Shown here: one piece after another, positions 1 to 16,559 of the stretch
Numbering within the stretch: the stretch's first letter is position 1
Layout of the letters: the number at the start of each line of letters is the position of its first letter
Source of the DNA: the human T2T-CHM13v2.0 reference genome, Homo sapiens
Strand: one strand, 5' to 3'
Length of the DNA stretch: 64,000 nucleotides
NCBI RefSeq assembly: GCF_009914755.1
Contig: NC_060930.1
Notes under the pieces: model-generated
Seen by the model: only the letters and a program-made list of their open reading frames with translations
What the model was told of the DNA's origin: nothing
Databases searched by the model: none
Made by a program: the position numbers and the translations under genes

Positions 1-99
1 GGGGGAAATGGGCATTATCCAGGTGAAGAAGGATTTTCTGAAGGTTCTGGACAGCTGTGTTACGAGACACCCAGCTTCTCTGCTTCTCCTGGGAACACG

Positions 100-935
<836 letters not shown>

Positions 936-1424
936 AGATAAATGTAGTGTCCTCATCTCTGGGGCATCAATTGCCACGAGTCAGTAAGTGCTGGAGGACA
1001 AGCTCCCTTGCTTAGAAAACTAGGCTGCATTACAGAGGAATTGTTTTAAGGAACAATGCTTGAGGTTTCTAAGCAGATGAATTTAGAAATCTGAACTATG
1101 AGAGCATATTGAGAATATTAAGAATATTGGAGGCAGTAATCATGCAGGCTAGATCACTTAAAGACCACCAGAGGATGGGCTATTAGATGCTGGGTCAGAC
1201 GCCTGTGCCTTTCCTTCAGTCCACGCACTGGCCACCCAGTAGGAACCTCCTTCTCTGCCCTTCCACCTTCTTGAGCCCTGTCACCTCTGTTCTCAGCCTG
1301 CCCTTGGCCTTGGATTAGTACGTCGGCCTCCTTCAGATCAGAGCTGTCTGCTATTAACTCAGTTCTTAGCGTCGACCTATTTCCTGGCATAGCCGTTAAT
1401 GACCTGCTTACACTTTTCCTAGTA

Positions 1425-1756
1425 CAGCCATCCCTTGGTATCCATTGGGGATTGGTTCCAGGACCACCTCATAGATACCAAAATCTGTGGATGCTCAAGT
1501 CTCTGATAAAAAATGGCATAGTATTTGCATATAACCCATGTAATTCTCCCACGTATTTAAAATCCTTTCTAGCTTATTTGTAATACTGAATACAATCCCT
1601 ACACATTACTTCATTCATGTGGATTCAATGGAGTACTCGGCATGCAGCAAATTCAAGTTTTGCTTTTTGGTACTTTGTGAAAACATTTTTTTTCTGCATA
1701 TTTTCTAACTGTGTTTGGTTGAATCTATGGATGTGGAACCTACAGAGAGCCAACTG
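1425..1756 (+). mobile_element. MER2/MER2B (TcMar-Tigger MITE)
   Basis: CAGCCATCCCTTGGTATCC...GGATTGGTTCCAGGACC start and ...GAGCCAACTG end, flanked by TA on both sides. Confidence 0.85.
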
Positions 1757-1906
1757 TATATGACTACTCTCTGAAGTGTGTTTTACCTTTTTGTGTCCAA
1801 GCTGAAAACTTGAAGGGCCCCCTGAGCCACAAGAGGGCTCAATCAAGCGAAGGAGTTACTCAAAGACCAGCCAGATGGCACTCATTGGCTGGAAAGCCTG
1901 TAATGA

Positions 1907-1990
1907 TTTAAAGGAATTCTTCTTGGCTTTTAGGATTTAAAAAAATTCTTCTTGACTTTTAGTATTTGAAGGAATTCTTGACTTTTAGGA
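1907..1990. repeat. Three diverged copies of a ~28-30 bp unit
   Basis: TTT(A/G)AAGGAATTCTT(TCTT)G(G/A)CTTTTAG(G/T)A repeated three times. Confidence 0.8.
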
Positions 1991-2870
1991 CAGCAGAGGC
2001 CCACCAGGCCCTGGGCAGAAGGAATGATAATAAAACTTCTGAAAAGTGAAATGCAAAAATAGCTGAAAGGAGAAACATTTCAGGTTCCCAACTGTGGGTA
2101 AGTATAAGGCAAGGGATGGGGGTGTCTAGGTGGCTGCTGGCGACAAACCCTAGTGGGATTGTCATCCAAGTCCTTGATTGTCCCAAGATGGGCATGGTCT
2201 GGGAAAAATGAGGCTTAGATTAGTCAATGTTTTGATATTTTTTCCCCGGGTATCCCGGAAAGAGCACCTACTCTCAAAGCTAGAGCTCAGCCCCGAGTCC
2301 TAGTTAGTGACAAAGTTCAACAAAGGCAGCGGTCCCAGTCCTGATGGTGGGAATGATGCCCTGTCTAATTTCAATACCAATATCAATGCTAGTTGTCCTT
2401 GAACTTTGCCGTCCCGCTCCAAGCCTCTCAGGGACACTACCAGGGTCAGGGAAACAGCAGGTCTTCAAGACACTCATCTCAAAGTGCCAAGCCGACAGGT
2501 TTTCAGCGGTGACATTCACCCAGATGGAAGCATGTGGCCATTGACACCCCTGTTCCTTTTCAGTCTGTTGTAGGAAAACATTAAAAGGTTCCTTACTGCT
2601 TGGAAAGGTTTTCTGGAAAAGCACCTTAATGGATAAAATGAGGAATAACAGAGATAACTGACCCAGCAACTTGCCCTCTATTTTCCTCAATACTTTTAAG
2701 TTTCGGGCAGTCTTATCTGATTCCAGTACACGGCCAAGTTCATTCTTTTCCTGCTGTAAGAAATTTGGAGGCGAGAGCAGAGACAAGTTATTTTTGATGA
2801 CATGCCTTTTAAATATAGAGTCAGCTCTCCCTTTTCTGAGGTGGGAGGAGCCCAGGCTGGACTCTTCTCG

Positions 2871-3734
2871 GGCTAGAGCGCAAATGCAGGCTTTGTGCTC
2901 ATTCACCCCTTGGTTGTCAGCAGCCTTGACCTCCAACCCAGAAACCAGGGGCCTGCTACAGGAAAGCAGGGAGGTCTCCTCCTGGGTGATGGCCCTCAGC
3001 AGCACTGAGCAGCAAGGCTGGAAGACAGCAGCTGGAGGGAAACAGAGGCAGCTGAAACAGCCTGGGTGTCTCTCAAATGGAATCAATCCTGGAATTAATG
3101 AAACGCTGGTGCTAGAATAGGTTATAAAAAGCTGAATAATGCTGAAAGGCTGAATAATGAATGATCACCATGAAAAAAGGCAGTAAAACAGATTCCAAAA
3201 GTCTCCGCAGAAGCCTTAAAGGAGCTGGGACAGACAGTGTGAGCTCATCCTCACCAAGGGTCTGCAGCCTGCATCGCGTTGAAAGAAAATCGGTCTCCAT
3301 TAGCACTGGCTGCAGGAAGCCTGATAGTTCTATACTGGTGAAATCTAGACATGATGGCTCCAAGTGACAAAATCCCTTCTAATTTCCAAGGGAAAGGGAC
3401 AGTTCCAAGCAGGCCGCGAGAAAATCTATAGAACATGTTTCCAGTACAGATAAGGGCATCTTTCAACATTATTACTTAAATTATAGACAGGCTTATCTCT
3501 TGCAATATTGAGACTGGAGTGTAGAGGGTGCAGGTGCATAAAAGGCCAGAGGCAGCTGGAGAAGCTGCCTTCATTGCAGTGGATAACCCTATGTGTCCTG
3601 GGTTTATCTATCAAGAATAGCAGGTGACTGCCTGCATCTCTGCAGGTTAGAGTGCAATCGGAGGCTTTGTGCCTGCTCACCCTCGGTTATGAGCAGCCTG
3701 GACCTCCAACCCAGAAACCAGTGGGGCTGCTACA
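2871..3734 (+). repeat. Diverged direct duplication: core 2871-2960 repeated at 3645-3734 (offset 774 bp)
   Basis: Manual alignment gives 14 substitutions plus 2 gaps over ~91 nt, including the exact 21-mer GACCTCCAACCCAGAAACCAG. Confidence 0.85.
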
Positions 3735-4984
3735 AATGACATCAGAGGCATTCGGGAGACACTGCTCCTGGGCAAGAGGCTGAGACAGCAACAGTGGGGA
3801 CCCAGGGTCCCCAAATCCTTGGACCAGAAGCCAACTCAATCCACAGGCCTTTAGCAGAGTTATCCAGGGAGAATGAATGAGTGGATGCCCAAGGCCAAAT
3901 CTCTGTTTATTACTTTGTGGCTTTGGCACCAACCGTGTGAGTAGCCTCTGGCCTTGGCCTGCTGAGTCCCAATCGGTAATTGTGAGTCCCAGTCAACAAC
4001 TCAGCAAATCGGCTTTTAATGACTCAGTCCTTTGGTGAATTTGGTCATTTGGTAAATTGGTTTTTGAAGCATTGATTTTTGGAGGAATGAGCAGGAACCC
4101 TCCGGGGCCTGTCTCACAGTCTAGTGAACGCAGTTTAGGTAGGAAAGGGTAGATGGACAGAGCAGCGCTGCTCAGCCTCTGTGAGCCGCCATTGAAAAGT
4201 GCTGTGTGGCAGGTGGGCAGAATTTTCCCGAGGCCTGTGTGCCCTGCCATCTTCCACCCCCGAGGGAGGGCTGGGCTGCTGCACAAGTCAATGGGCAAAA
4301 TCTGCAGGTGAGAAGACGGCCTCTGGGAAATGACACCATGAGGGTGTTGGGGACAAGAAGAAAAGGGACTGTTTTGAATGGCCACTGGGAGTGGGAGGGT
4401 TCAGACAGAGCATGCTGTATCTCCACTGCTGTGGTGGGTGTGTGGCGAGTCACCTGTGGCCCTGCTCAACATCCACGCATTTGCTGTCCTTTGCTTGCCA
4501 AGACCATCATTATCTGAGACAATCTGGCTGCCCAAGCCTTCCCTAAGGGAAAAGGCTCCTCTGGTCGGATGGGCCCTGCCCCGCTTGCCTGGGCTCCCTT
4601 CTTGCTGTCTGTGTGGGCTCCCACTAGCTGGCCTCAGTATTGATTCTGCTGCTCCACCTGTCATCACTGCCATTTATTCATACACGGATGTTTGCCACTG
4701 GATCACCTCTTCACATACCAGTTCTCTTCTATTTGTTCTGGGGTTTGTTGCTGTCATTTTCTTTGCAAAGAGATGTTTTCTATTCCCCAAAGCTTACATT
4801 TCCCCCACTCATTCCTCCTCTCATCCAGTAAAGTTCAGACACTTCCAGTTAAAAGATTCTCCCACTTATACAGCTGATGAATTGATGACAGGGGCAGGAG
4901 GATGGCTTTCTCTGTTCCTCTTCCTTCTCCTTTGTAAAATGATGGCAGTAGATTCATATAATCTTTACATTCCTGTTTTTTTTA

Positions 4985-5596
<612 letters not shown>

Positions 5597-5636
5597 TACC
5601 TTTGTTTTTAAGCAGCTTCATGGAAGTACAACGGAC

Positions 5637-8130
<2,494 letters not shown>

Positions 8131-9235
8131 TAATCCTTTGATCCATGCCAATAGCACATTGTTTTAATGACTGTGGGATTGCAGTATTTTTTAATGTTTA
8201 TTAGGGCTAATCTCATCAGGATGTGCTGTTAACCACTCTGAATAAGGGGCTGATCCTGAGTGGGCAGAGCTGTCTCCCAACCCCATTTCCGGCTCTTACC
8301 CACTCAACTCATGCATTGCCTGGATTCGCCTGTCCCCAGATGGGGTCTGGAGAAGCAGCCCTTAAGGCAGAGCAGAGTGTGTAGGAGGGGCAAGGAAAGA
8401 AACAGCCTGCTCTTTTCTCATGGGGAGTTTTGGACTGGAAGGTGCCTGCTGAGTAGCCTGTGTGCCAACTTCCAAAAGGAAAGATACAGTCAAATTCTGC
8501 CTCGAGTTCTCAAGCTCTGAACGTTTCAGACATAAAAACAGTTGTTTTGAGAACAACGGTGAATCACAGGGGGAAAGGGTGGGAGAAGTTCCCATGGCTT
8601 TTCTTTGAAATTTCTTCACAGCAGGATGACAGCATTTACATAAAAAAGAGAGTTTATTGGCAGGTTTCTGGAAGAGAGAGGGAAAAACAATGCTGTTATT
8701 TCAGGGCTGCCAATGATCTCACATGTATCCAGTGTCTTTTCTTCAAGGACTACAAAATACTTTACAAATGTTACATTTCCAGACAGTTATTAATCCTTCC
8801 AGCACCCCTGTGAAATGAAGAATACAGTCTGGTTTGGATGAATGCAAATGGCCTCCCACCTAGGCTCACTCATCCCCAAACTGAACAATGAATGATGGTG
8901 GAGTTCATTCGTAAGTGCTCGTGGGCTATTGATGAGCGCTCCAGAGCTTTTACCCAAGAACACGGGTCATCCACATGATTCTGAATCCTGGTCATCCAGA
9001 AGGCTCTTGTTAACAGGCAGACAGGTATTTTCTTACAAACTTAAACATTTTTTGAGAAAGACATCCTGCAACTTCTCTAGGTAATCCTGTTCAGATAGAA
9101 ATATTTGTTTTTTCTATAAAAATCTCTTTTTCTTTTATGTACAGCTATGCACCTATATGTAAATTTAATACATTTATACATTGTTTCTCAGTAGAAAGGA
9201 GGAGTAATTCAATTATTTTCATTATAAAAGCCACA

Positions 9236-9540
9236 GGCCCAGCCGTGCGTCTCATGCCTGTAATCCCCACGCTCTGGGAAGCCAAGGCAGGAGGATGGCT
9301 TGAGCCCAGGTGTTCAAGACCAGCCTGGCCAATATAGTGAGACCTTGTCTCTACAAAAACCTTAAATAATTAGCTTTGTCGGTGGTGTGTGCCTATACTC
9401 ATAGAAATAAGGAGGCTGAGGCAGGAGGATTGCTTGAGCCTGAGGGGAAGAGGTTGCAGTGAGCCCAGAATGTGCCACTGTGCTACAGCCTGGGCAACAG
9501 TGAGACATTGTCTCATTAAATAAATAAATAAATAAAATAG
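9236..9540 (+). mobile_element. Alu (AluJ-like)
   Basis: GGAGGATGGCTTGAGCCCAGG J-type diagnostic; TSD ATAAAAGCCA(C/T)A on both sides. Confidence 0.9.
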
Positions 9541-9869
9541 CTATATAAAAGCCATAGAATTTTAGGGCAAAATGGAAATTTGCAATCATCTTCTTATTTT
9601 TTTTGTTTAGTGAGTGAGGCCATTGATACACAGATGAGTGGCAACTGTAGCCCATAAACTGAAAGTCAGGTCAAGAGCCAAGCTCTCTGGAGTCCTTGTC
9701 GAGAGCTCTTTCCACTGCATGGCATAGACACAGCACACACACCCCAACTTCCCACATTCCTGTCCATGGCAGACATCCACAATCAATCCCAGCACGGCCT
9801 CCATTCAATGTCGCTTCTTCTTTCAGAGATCCAGGCAGCCATTTACTTCAATGGGAATCCACACAAGCA

Positions 9870-10002
9870 GAGTGGCTGTGGTGAGCACAGGCTTTAGAGC
9901 CAGACAGACAGACAGCAATCCTGTATTATGTCATTAATCACTGGTGGATTGACAAAACTACTCAATCTTTCTGAGTCTCAGTTTCCTCATTTATGAAAAG
10001 GC
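9870..10002 (+). mobile_element. MIR, left part (continues at ~18724-18810 after the ERV)
   Basis: MIR core CTGAGTCTCAGTTTCCTCATTTATGAAA; resumes after the provirus (...GTTGAGGATTAG). Confidence 0.7.
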
Positions 10003-10621
10003 GGATTGCAAACCTTGAAAGGCCAATCCTTCAAGATGAATCCTGACTGGGTGACTGGGCCTAAATTCAGTAAGAGCCAAGTGACCATTTGCTGACTAGA
10101 GGTCACATACGTGTTCTGAGTTCCATGAAAACCTGCATGTCTGCATAACTTTGAGACTTTCATAGTTGCCTGTTCCTATTTTTGTTGCCTGAACCAACCA
10201 ATAGGCTGTGACCTACATTAACCAACCAGAGCTCAGTAAACGTCAAACAATCATAACTAAGCACATTTAAATGTTTCATGTGTATATGTGGACTTTAGTG
10301 AGAACCTGGGTTAGAACTTCCTCTATAAAAGTCAAATTTCCCATTGTTCTCTGGACTGCACCTTCACTTTACATGAAAGCTGTGTCTCTTTGGTATGAAA
10401 AATTTACTGGAATAAAGTCTCTTTCCTCTACATTCCTTTTCAGAGAAGTTTTGTTCACATTCTTTGGAATCAAAAGTGGAATTCAAGCAACACTGATTCT
10501 TCTCCTGATGCTGTCCTGAACCAACACATTGGGATCTTCAAGGGTCCTTTGAGTTCAGTTGTCTTCTCAGAGATGCCAGGAAGCCTCAGGTAAGCCCTCT
10601 TGAATTCAGACCTCCCATGCC

Positions 10622-10935
<314 letters not shown>

Positions 10936-11179
10936 TGATCTAAGCCTCAGAGCCTTTATTTAACCTCCTCAGCCAGTCCTCTTCATCTGGACCCTGAAAG
11001 AGACCTCCCCAGGAAGGGGGGCCTCTCCATCTGGTTTGCAGAGGTGGCCTCTTCATAAGGTTGCAGACCCAGCTGTTCCATCAGGTTTTGTGAGGACACT
11101 CTAAGGTGCGCTAGAGGGATGCCTTCATCAGCTTAGTGCAATGGGTAACCCGTGATTTCTGTGTTTCCCTGATGATCAG

Positions 11180-12800
11180 CTGCCCTCTGGCACTCCAACT
11201 GGCTTTATGAGCAAAAATTATGTTCCAGAGAGTTGTAATTGGCTAGGTCTCTGGACAAAAATTACCTGGGATGATCTAAAAACTTTGTTGGCCAAGATGG
11301 GGTTCTTTTGAAATTCTAAAACTTGCCTATCTGTGCTCACAATTAGAACAAAGAAAACACTGAACTTCCCAGAGATAATGAAAAGCCTTTTCAAGTTGGT
11401 ACTTTTAGAGTTTCGAATAAAATCAAGAGCTACTATGCTTCCCTTAAAGAAAGCAATTCCAAATTAGGCAAACATCTTAATGAATTAAAAAGAGATTAGC
11501 ACTTGGGAGACTGAAACTAAAGCTGCAGAAAAACCTAAGACCCTTCTTCTGCTAGCTCACCTCTCCTGTCACCTTGCCTGTCTGCTGCATCTTTTACAAG
11601 GCCTCTACTTTACCTTTCACTCCCTCCTTCCTCTTTCACGCTTTCTGAATTCCTCTTTTTCTCTTCTGACATTTCCACTTCCTCCAGACTCAGCCCCTTT
11701 TAAGGCCCAAATAATGGGGAGTAGAAATTGGCAAATTCCACGCTCCTTAGTCCATGTCAGAACTTTTGGCCCTAGTAAAACATTTCCCTAGTCCCTTGAA
11801 GACTAACTTCCTTGAATTTGAGTAACATTGTAGCCTAATCATTAGGGCTTATCAATCTTGATCAGCTGTTAGCTGCTGAATGGGAAAGACTCTGAGGACT
11901 TTAAGCAGACCGGTGCCCAAGGATTTGATAAGGCACAGAAACAGGATACCAAATTACTAAAAGCCATTCCCCTATTTTTTCCCCATCAGATAAACTGAAA
12001 AGCCATACACCGTTTACACAAAAAAAGGATGAGACCATTCTTGATTATTTTGATAAATTTGAACAGACTTTCCAACAAAATTTGGAGATCAAATATTTAA
12101 ATGATGAAACATTCCATTTATTTAATTCCTTTTTTTTTTTTTTTTTTTTTTTGTGGCTGGTCTTTCTGAAGCTCTCAGTACCCTGGTAAAACAGCTTGAC
12201 CTTAACTGGGCTGTAAAGTAACCTTATGAAATAGCCTCTTTGGCCAATTCATTATCCAAAACTTTAGAAAAGAATAAAGAATCTAGGGCTACTTGAGCAT
12301 TAGACTGTCAAGAGAAGGCTGCTAAGTTAATGGTCCTTCAGTTACAACAATTAGCAAGGGACACCTCAAACATGCCCATTCTTCAAAACCAAAATTTAAA
12401 AAAAAAAGTGTGTTTTCAGAAGATGTTCCAGACATTTTAAAAAGGATTGCCCCAAATACAAATGAAGGCTGCAATTAAATCTTGATAAAGTCCCTGGCCC
12501 TCTACCCTCAAGCAGGACAAGGGATGATCCAGGGACATTCTGGGAATAGAGCTCTAGTTGACATTGAGCCACTGTCCTTAACCCTGATACTCTGGAGTGT
12601 CCCTGCCAGAGTTCTGAACTCATCTGGATGGTTGCAGGAGCCGACCAACCTGTGATGGTTCCTAAATCTCTATCCCTCCAACTGGGGGGTCCTGACTGAC
12701 AATCATTGTTTTTCGTGTGTTCCATCGGTTCCCATACAATGCACCTCCTGGAAAGGAACTCCTTAGAGGCCTATCAAGCCCCTATTTCCTTCTCTTGAAG
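11180..12800 (+). pseudogene. ERV gag-pro remnant
   Basis: Translations such as GFMSKNY..CNWLGLWTKIT..WPRWGSFEI (MA-like), a degenerate zinc knuckle (H-F-K-K-D-C-P near 12435) and HLLERNSL (protease LLGRD motif, ~12745); many stops and frameshifts. Confidence 0.65.
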
Positions 12801-13710
12801 TGGGGGGCTAATGCTTGAGTTGGCAGCCCTGAGCTCAGCAGTACAGTTAGAAAATGGAGACTAAGTTAGAAATCACATAACTAAATTGGTCTCCAGGATA
12901 TGATTTTTTTTTGGCCTTCAGCTGATTATTTTGAAAAGATTTCTAAACTTTGTCTAGGCTCATCTTTATTTTTCCTCATAAAATCCTGTGATAAATTCCT
13001 GTAATTTTAGGTTATCTTGGCACCCATTGTAATCCTCCTGTAACACACTCAAACTCCTTCTTGACAAAGCTTAGGTTCTCTCAGTTATTTGACATGTAAA
13101 TTGCTACCCTGTTTTCTCTAAAACTCAGTAAGGGCTTTGGCCATGTGAGACATAAATTTTAACCTGTTGCATTTACAGAGACATAGTTAGAATCCAACCG
13201 TCCATTTAAACAAGTAAGTTATACCTGACACATGGCTAAAATTTTAAAATTAAAGCCATACAATCTTTATTTGTGTCTGTATATATTTTTATGTATACAG
13301 GTGTATGCATGTCTGTTCGTATGTTGTCTACATAATACCAAGTTGACTTCGTTTGTTCGTTCGTGTGTTTTTGTTGAGCTACCGGGCCTGGCCCCACATT
13401 GACTTTTAAATAAATGTGAGTATTCATAAATTAAGTAAATAAGCCCAAATGCTTTTCAAGTTCATGTGACTTTAGTCAACTTTTGGCAACTAACACTAGT
13501 TTAATACTGTTTGTTTAATAAAAGTAACAAGATCTTCTGAGTTATCAGCAAAATATGCATGTATTTAATGTTAAGATTCTTGCTTTCATGATATGTGCCT
13601 AACAGACAAGTAATGTAGAAATGGTTAATAGAAAATTTAACTTGAGATGATGGCTAGAATTGTCTAACGTCTCATGGAATTTTCCAAATTGTTAAGAATG
13701 AATACATTAA

Positions 13711-14002
13711 GGCCAGGAGCTGTGGCTCACGCCTGTAATCCCAGCACTTTGGGAGGCCGAGGAGGGCAGATCATGAGGTCAGGAGTTCTAGACCAGCCTG
13801 ACCAACGTGGTGAAACCCTGTCTCTACCAAAAATACAAAAATTAGCTGGGCACGGTGGTGTGCACCTGTAATCCCAGCTACCAGGAGGCTGAGGCAGGAG
13901 AATTGCTTGAACCCAGGAGGCGCAGGTTGCAGTGAGCCGAGATCACGCCACTGCACTCCAGCGTGGGCGACAGAGCAAGACCCCATCTCAAAAAAAAAAA
14001 AA
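13711..14002 (+). mobile_element. Alu (AluS)
   Basis: Canonical Alu with poly(A). Confidence 0.95.
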
Positions 14003-14078
14003 AATTGCAAGAGGTTTTGATTTTTTAATTCTGAAATCTGTTTTTTAACAGCCACCCTCTGAACTACAACAGTTTCTA

Positions 14079-14468
<390 letters not shown>

Positions 14469-14980
14469 CTAACCTTGAAAAGGTCTATCTTTTTGCTTGG
14501 CTCGGGTAATATCTTTTTTCTTCAACCTTTTCTTCAGCTACTGTAACTTTTTTCTCCAGTTCTAACTGCTGTTGTGGCCTGATGCTGAAACGTTTACCTT
14601 GAAGGTCTAGAGAAACAATGTTACCTTCAGTGTAACTTGATTCTGTATTGTTGGGTTTTCTTGATGTGTTTGAGTTGTTCCATGTAACCAGGAAACTTCC
14701 CATGCTGTCACTAAAAGCCATGAGTTTCCCTGCTCAAGGTACTAGTTTTCTTGTTTACATCCCTCTATAATATGAGTACATTCATAACCCTGGACACACT
14801 CTTCCTGTGTCTGATTAAATTCAAGTACCAGGTTAACTTTCAGTTTATCTAAAAAACCTACAGGAGGTTTTTTCTTTACTTTTAGGTAACTGACCTAGAA
14901 AACAAAGACTCTGTGTTTACTAAGATAATTTCTTATGTTTCATGTTATCTTTATTGAATTTTTGGTTACTTAGGAAAACT

Positions 14981-15420
14981 AATAGCTACTTGGGAGGCTG
15001 AGGCAGGAGGATCACTTCAGCCTAGGAGTTTGAGGCTGCAGTGAACACACCACTGTACTCCAGCCTGGGTGACAGATCGAGACCCTGTCTCTAAAAAAAA
15101 GGAAAACTGGCCAGGCATGGTGGGTCACGCCTGTAATCCCAGCACTTTAGGAGGCCAAGGTGGGTGGATCACCTGAGGTCAGGAGTTCAAGACCAGCCTG
15201 GCCAATACGGCAAAACCCCATCTCTACTGAAAATACAAAAATTAGCTGGGCATGGTGGCGTGTGCCTGTAGTTCCAGCTATTTGGGAGGCTGAGCTCAGC
15301 AGGAGAATAGCTTGAACCTGGGAGGCGGAGGTTGCAGTGAGCCGAGATCATGCCGTTGCACTCCAGCCTGGGCTACAAGAATGAAACTCTGAAACTCCGT
15401 CTCGAAAAAAAAAAAAAAAA
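14981..15420 (+). mobile_element. Alu right-monomer fragment (14981-15100) followed by a full AluS (15109-15420)
   Basis: GAAAACT target sequence occurs before, between and after the two elements. Confidence 0.9.
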
Positions 15421-16089
15421 GAAAACTGAGCTTTTAAAGGTTAGAGTTTTTATATCCATGTAACATTCTTTATTGCTTTTTAAGTCTTTTTATTATCACT
15501 CTGGTTAAATGAATAACTACTATTTAGTAGTGACCTGTGATTCTGTTTTGATCAAGTATTTTGAACCGTTTTACATATTTGGTGGGTTTTCCCCAGGAAC
15601 AAGATTCTAAATTAAGTATTTTTGATCTAAAATTAACTTTAGGATTTGCCAGTAGGGTCCCTGGAGAGCATCAAATAATGTATTTTTCATCTTGTAGAGA
15701 TATTAAATGATTAGGCTTATTGGGCAAGTCATGTGGGAAGCATTATCAAACAAGAAATAGTGTTTAATTTCTTTTAAGTTATATTTGTATAATGCATTAT
15801 TCATATATGTTCCAAAATTATATGTGATTCCTAAGATTCTGATCTGTTATGATATGTACCATCAGTCATGATTTTGATTATTATTAACTTGTATGTCACA
15901 GAATTAATCAAATTTCTTTCTCAATTGCATCTTTAACTATGGCCATTCTAAGTCTTATGTAATCCACTGACAATTATGGTTTTACTTTTATCCTTCTAAA
16001 AAAGCTATTTATAATCAGTTACAGTCTAAAAATTTGCTGCTTTGTCAAGGAAATTCATGGAAAAGACACCAAGTTAAGAATTCCCTCCA

Positions 16090-16200
16090 TCCTCATGGGA
16101 AGGGGACCCTATCAGGTACTTTTAACCAACCCATGTGCTGCTAAATTACAGAGCATTGAGTCATGGATCCATATTTCTCATTTAAAAAGAAGGCTCTTGA
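16090..16200 (+). pseudogene. ERV integrase C-terminal remnant
   Basis: GPYQVLLTNPCAAKLQSIESWIHISHLK (GPY/F module). Confidence 0.75.
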
Positions 16201-16559
16201 TCCTTCTACCAAGTGAACCGCCCAACTGGTCACTGATATCAAGCTCAAGTTAATCAAACTACAGCCACCAGGACAAGAAGAAGACAACATCTGGGGTAGA
16301 CTGCTTTCTCCCAAGATACCAGAGCAGGCCTGTATAACCTCTTTCTTATCTTGAGCTAACATGCCTAGTCCTTATGTTTACTTTGCAATTATTTTAATTA
16401 TCATAGCTTTGAGAATCTTATGCCTCCTGGGTGTCTTATGCCACTCTGGGGTAGTTCCATATATTCCACTATTTAGACACGCCATGGGACTCACTGCCTT
16501 GCTGGACTCTTTATAATCCCCTCTTTTTACACCATGCTGTACTTCTTCCTTGTCCTTTC

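Noticed and set aside
2430-2460. GTLPGSGK resembling a P-loop
   Set aside because: Lacks the following S/T and any Walker B context; the frame has stops
12130-12152. Long poly-T inside ERV gag as a possible orphan retro-insertion
   Set aside because: No clear TSD; simple homopolymer expansion is sufficient
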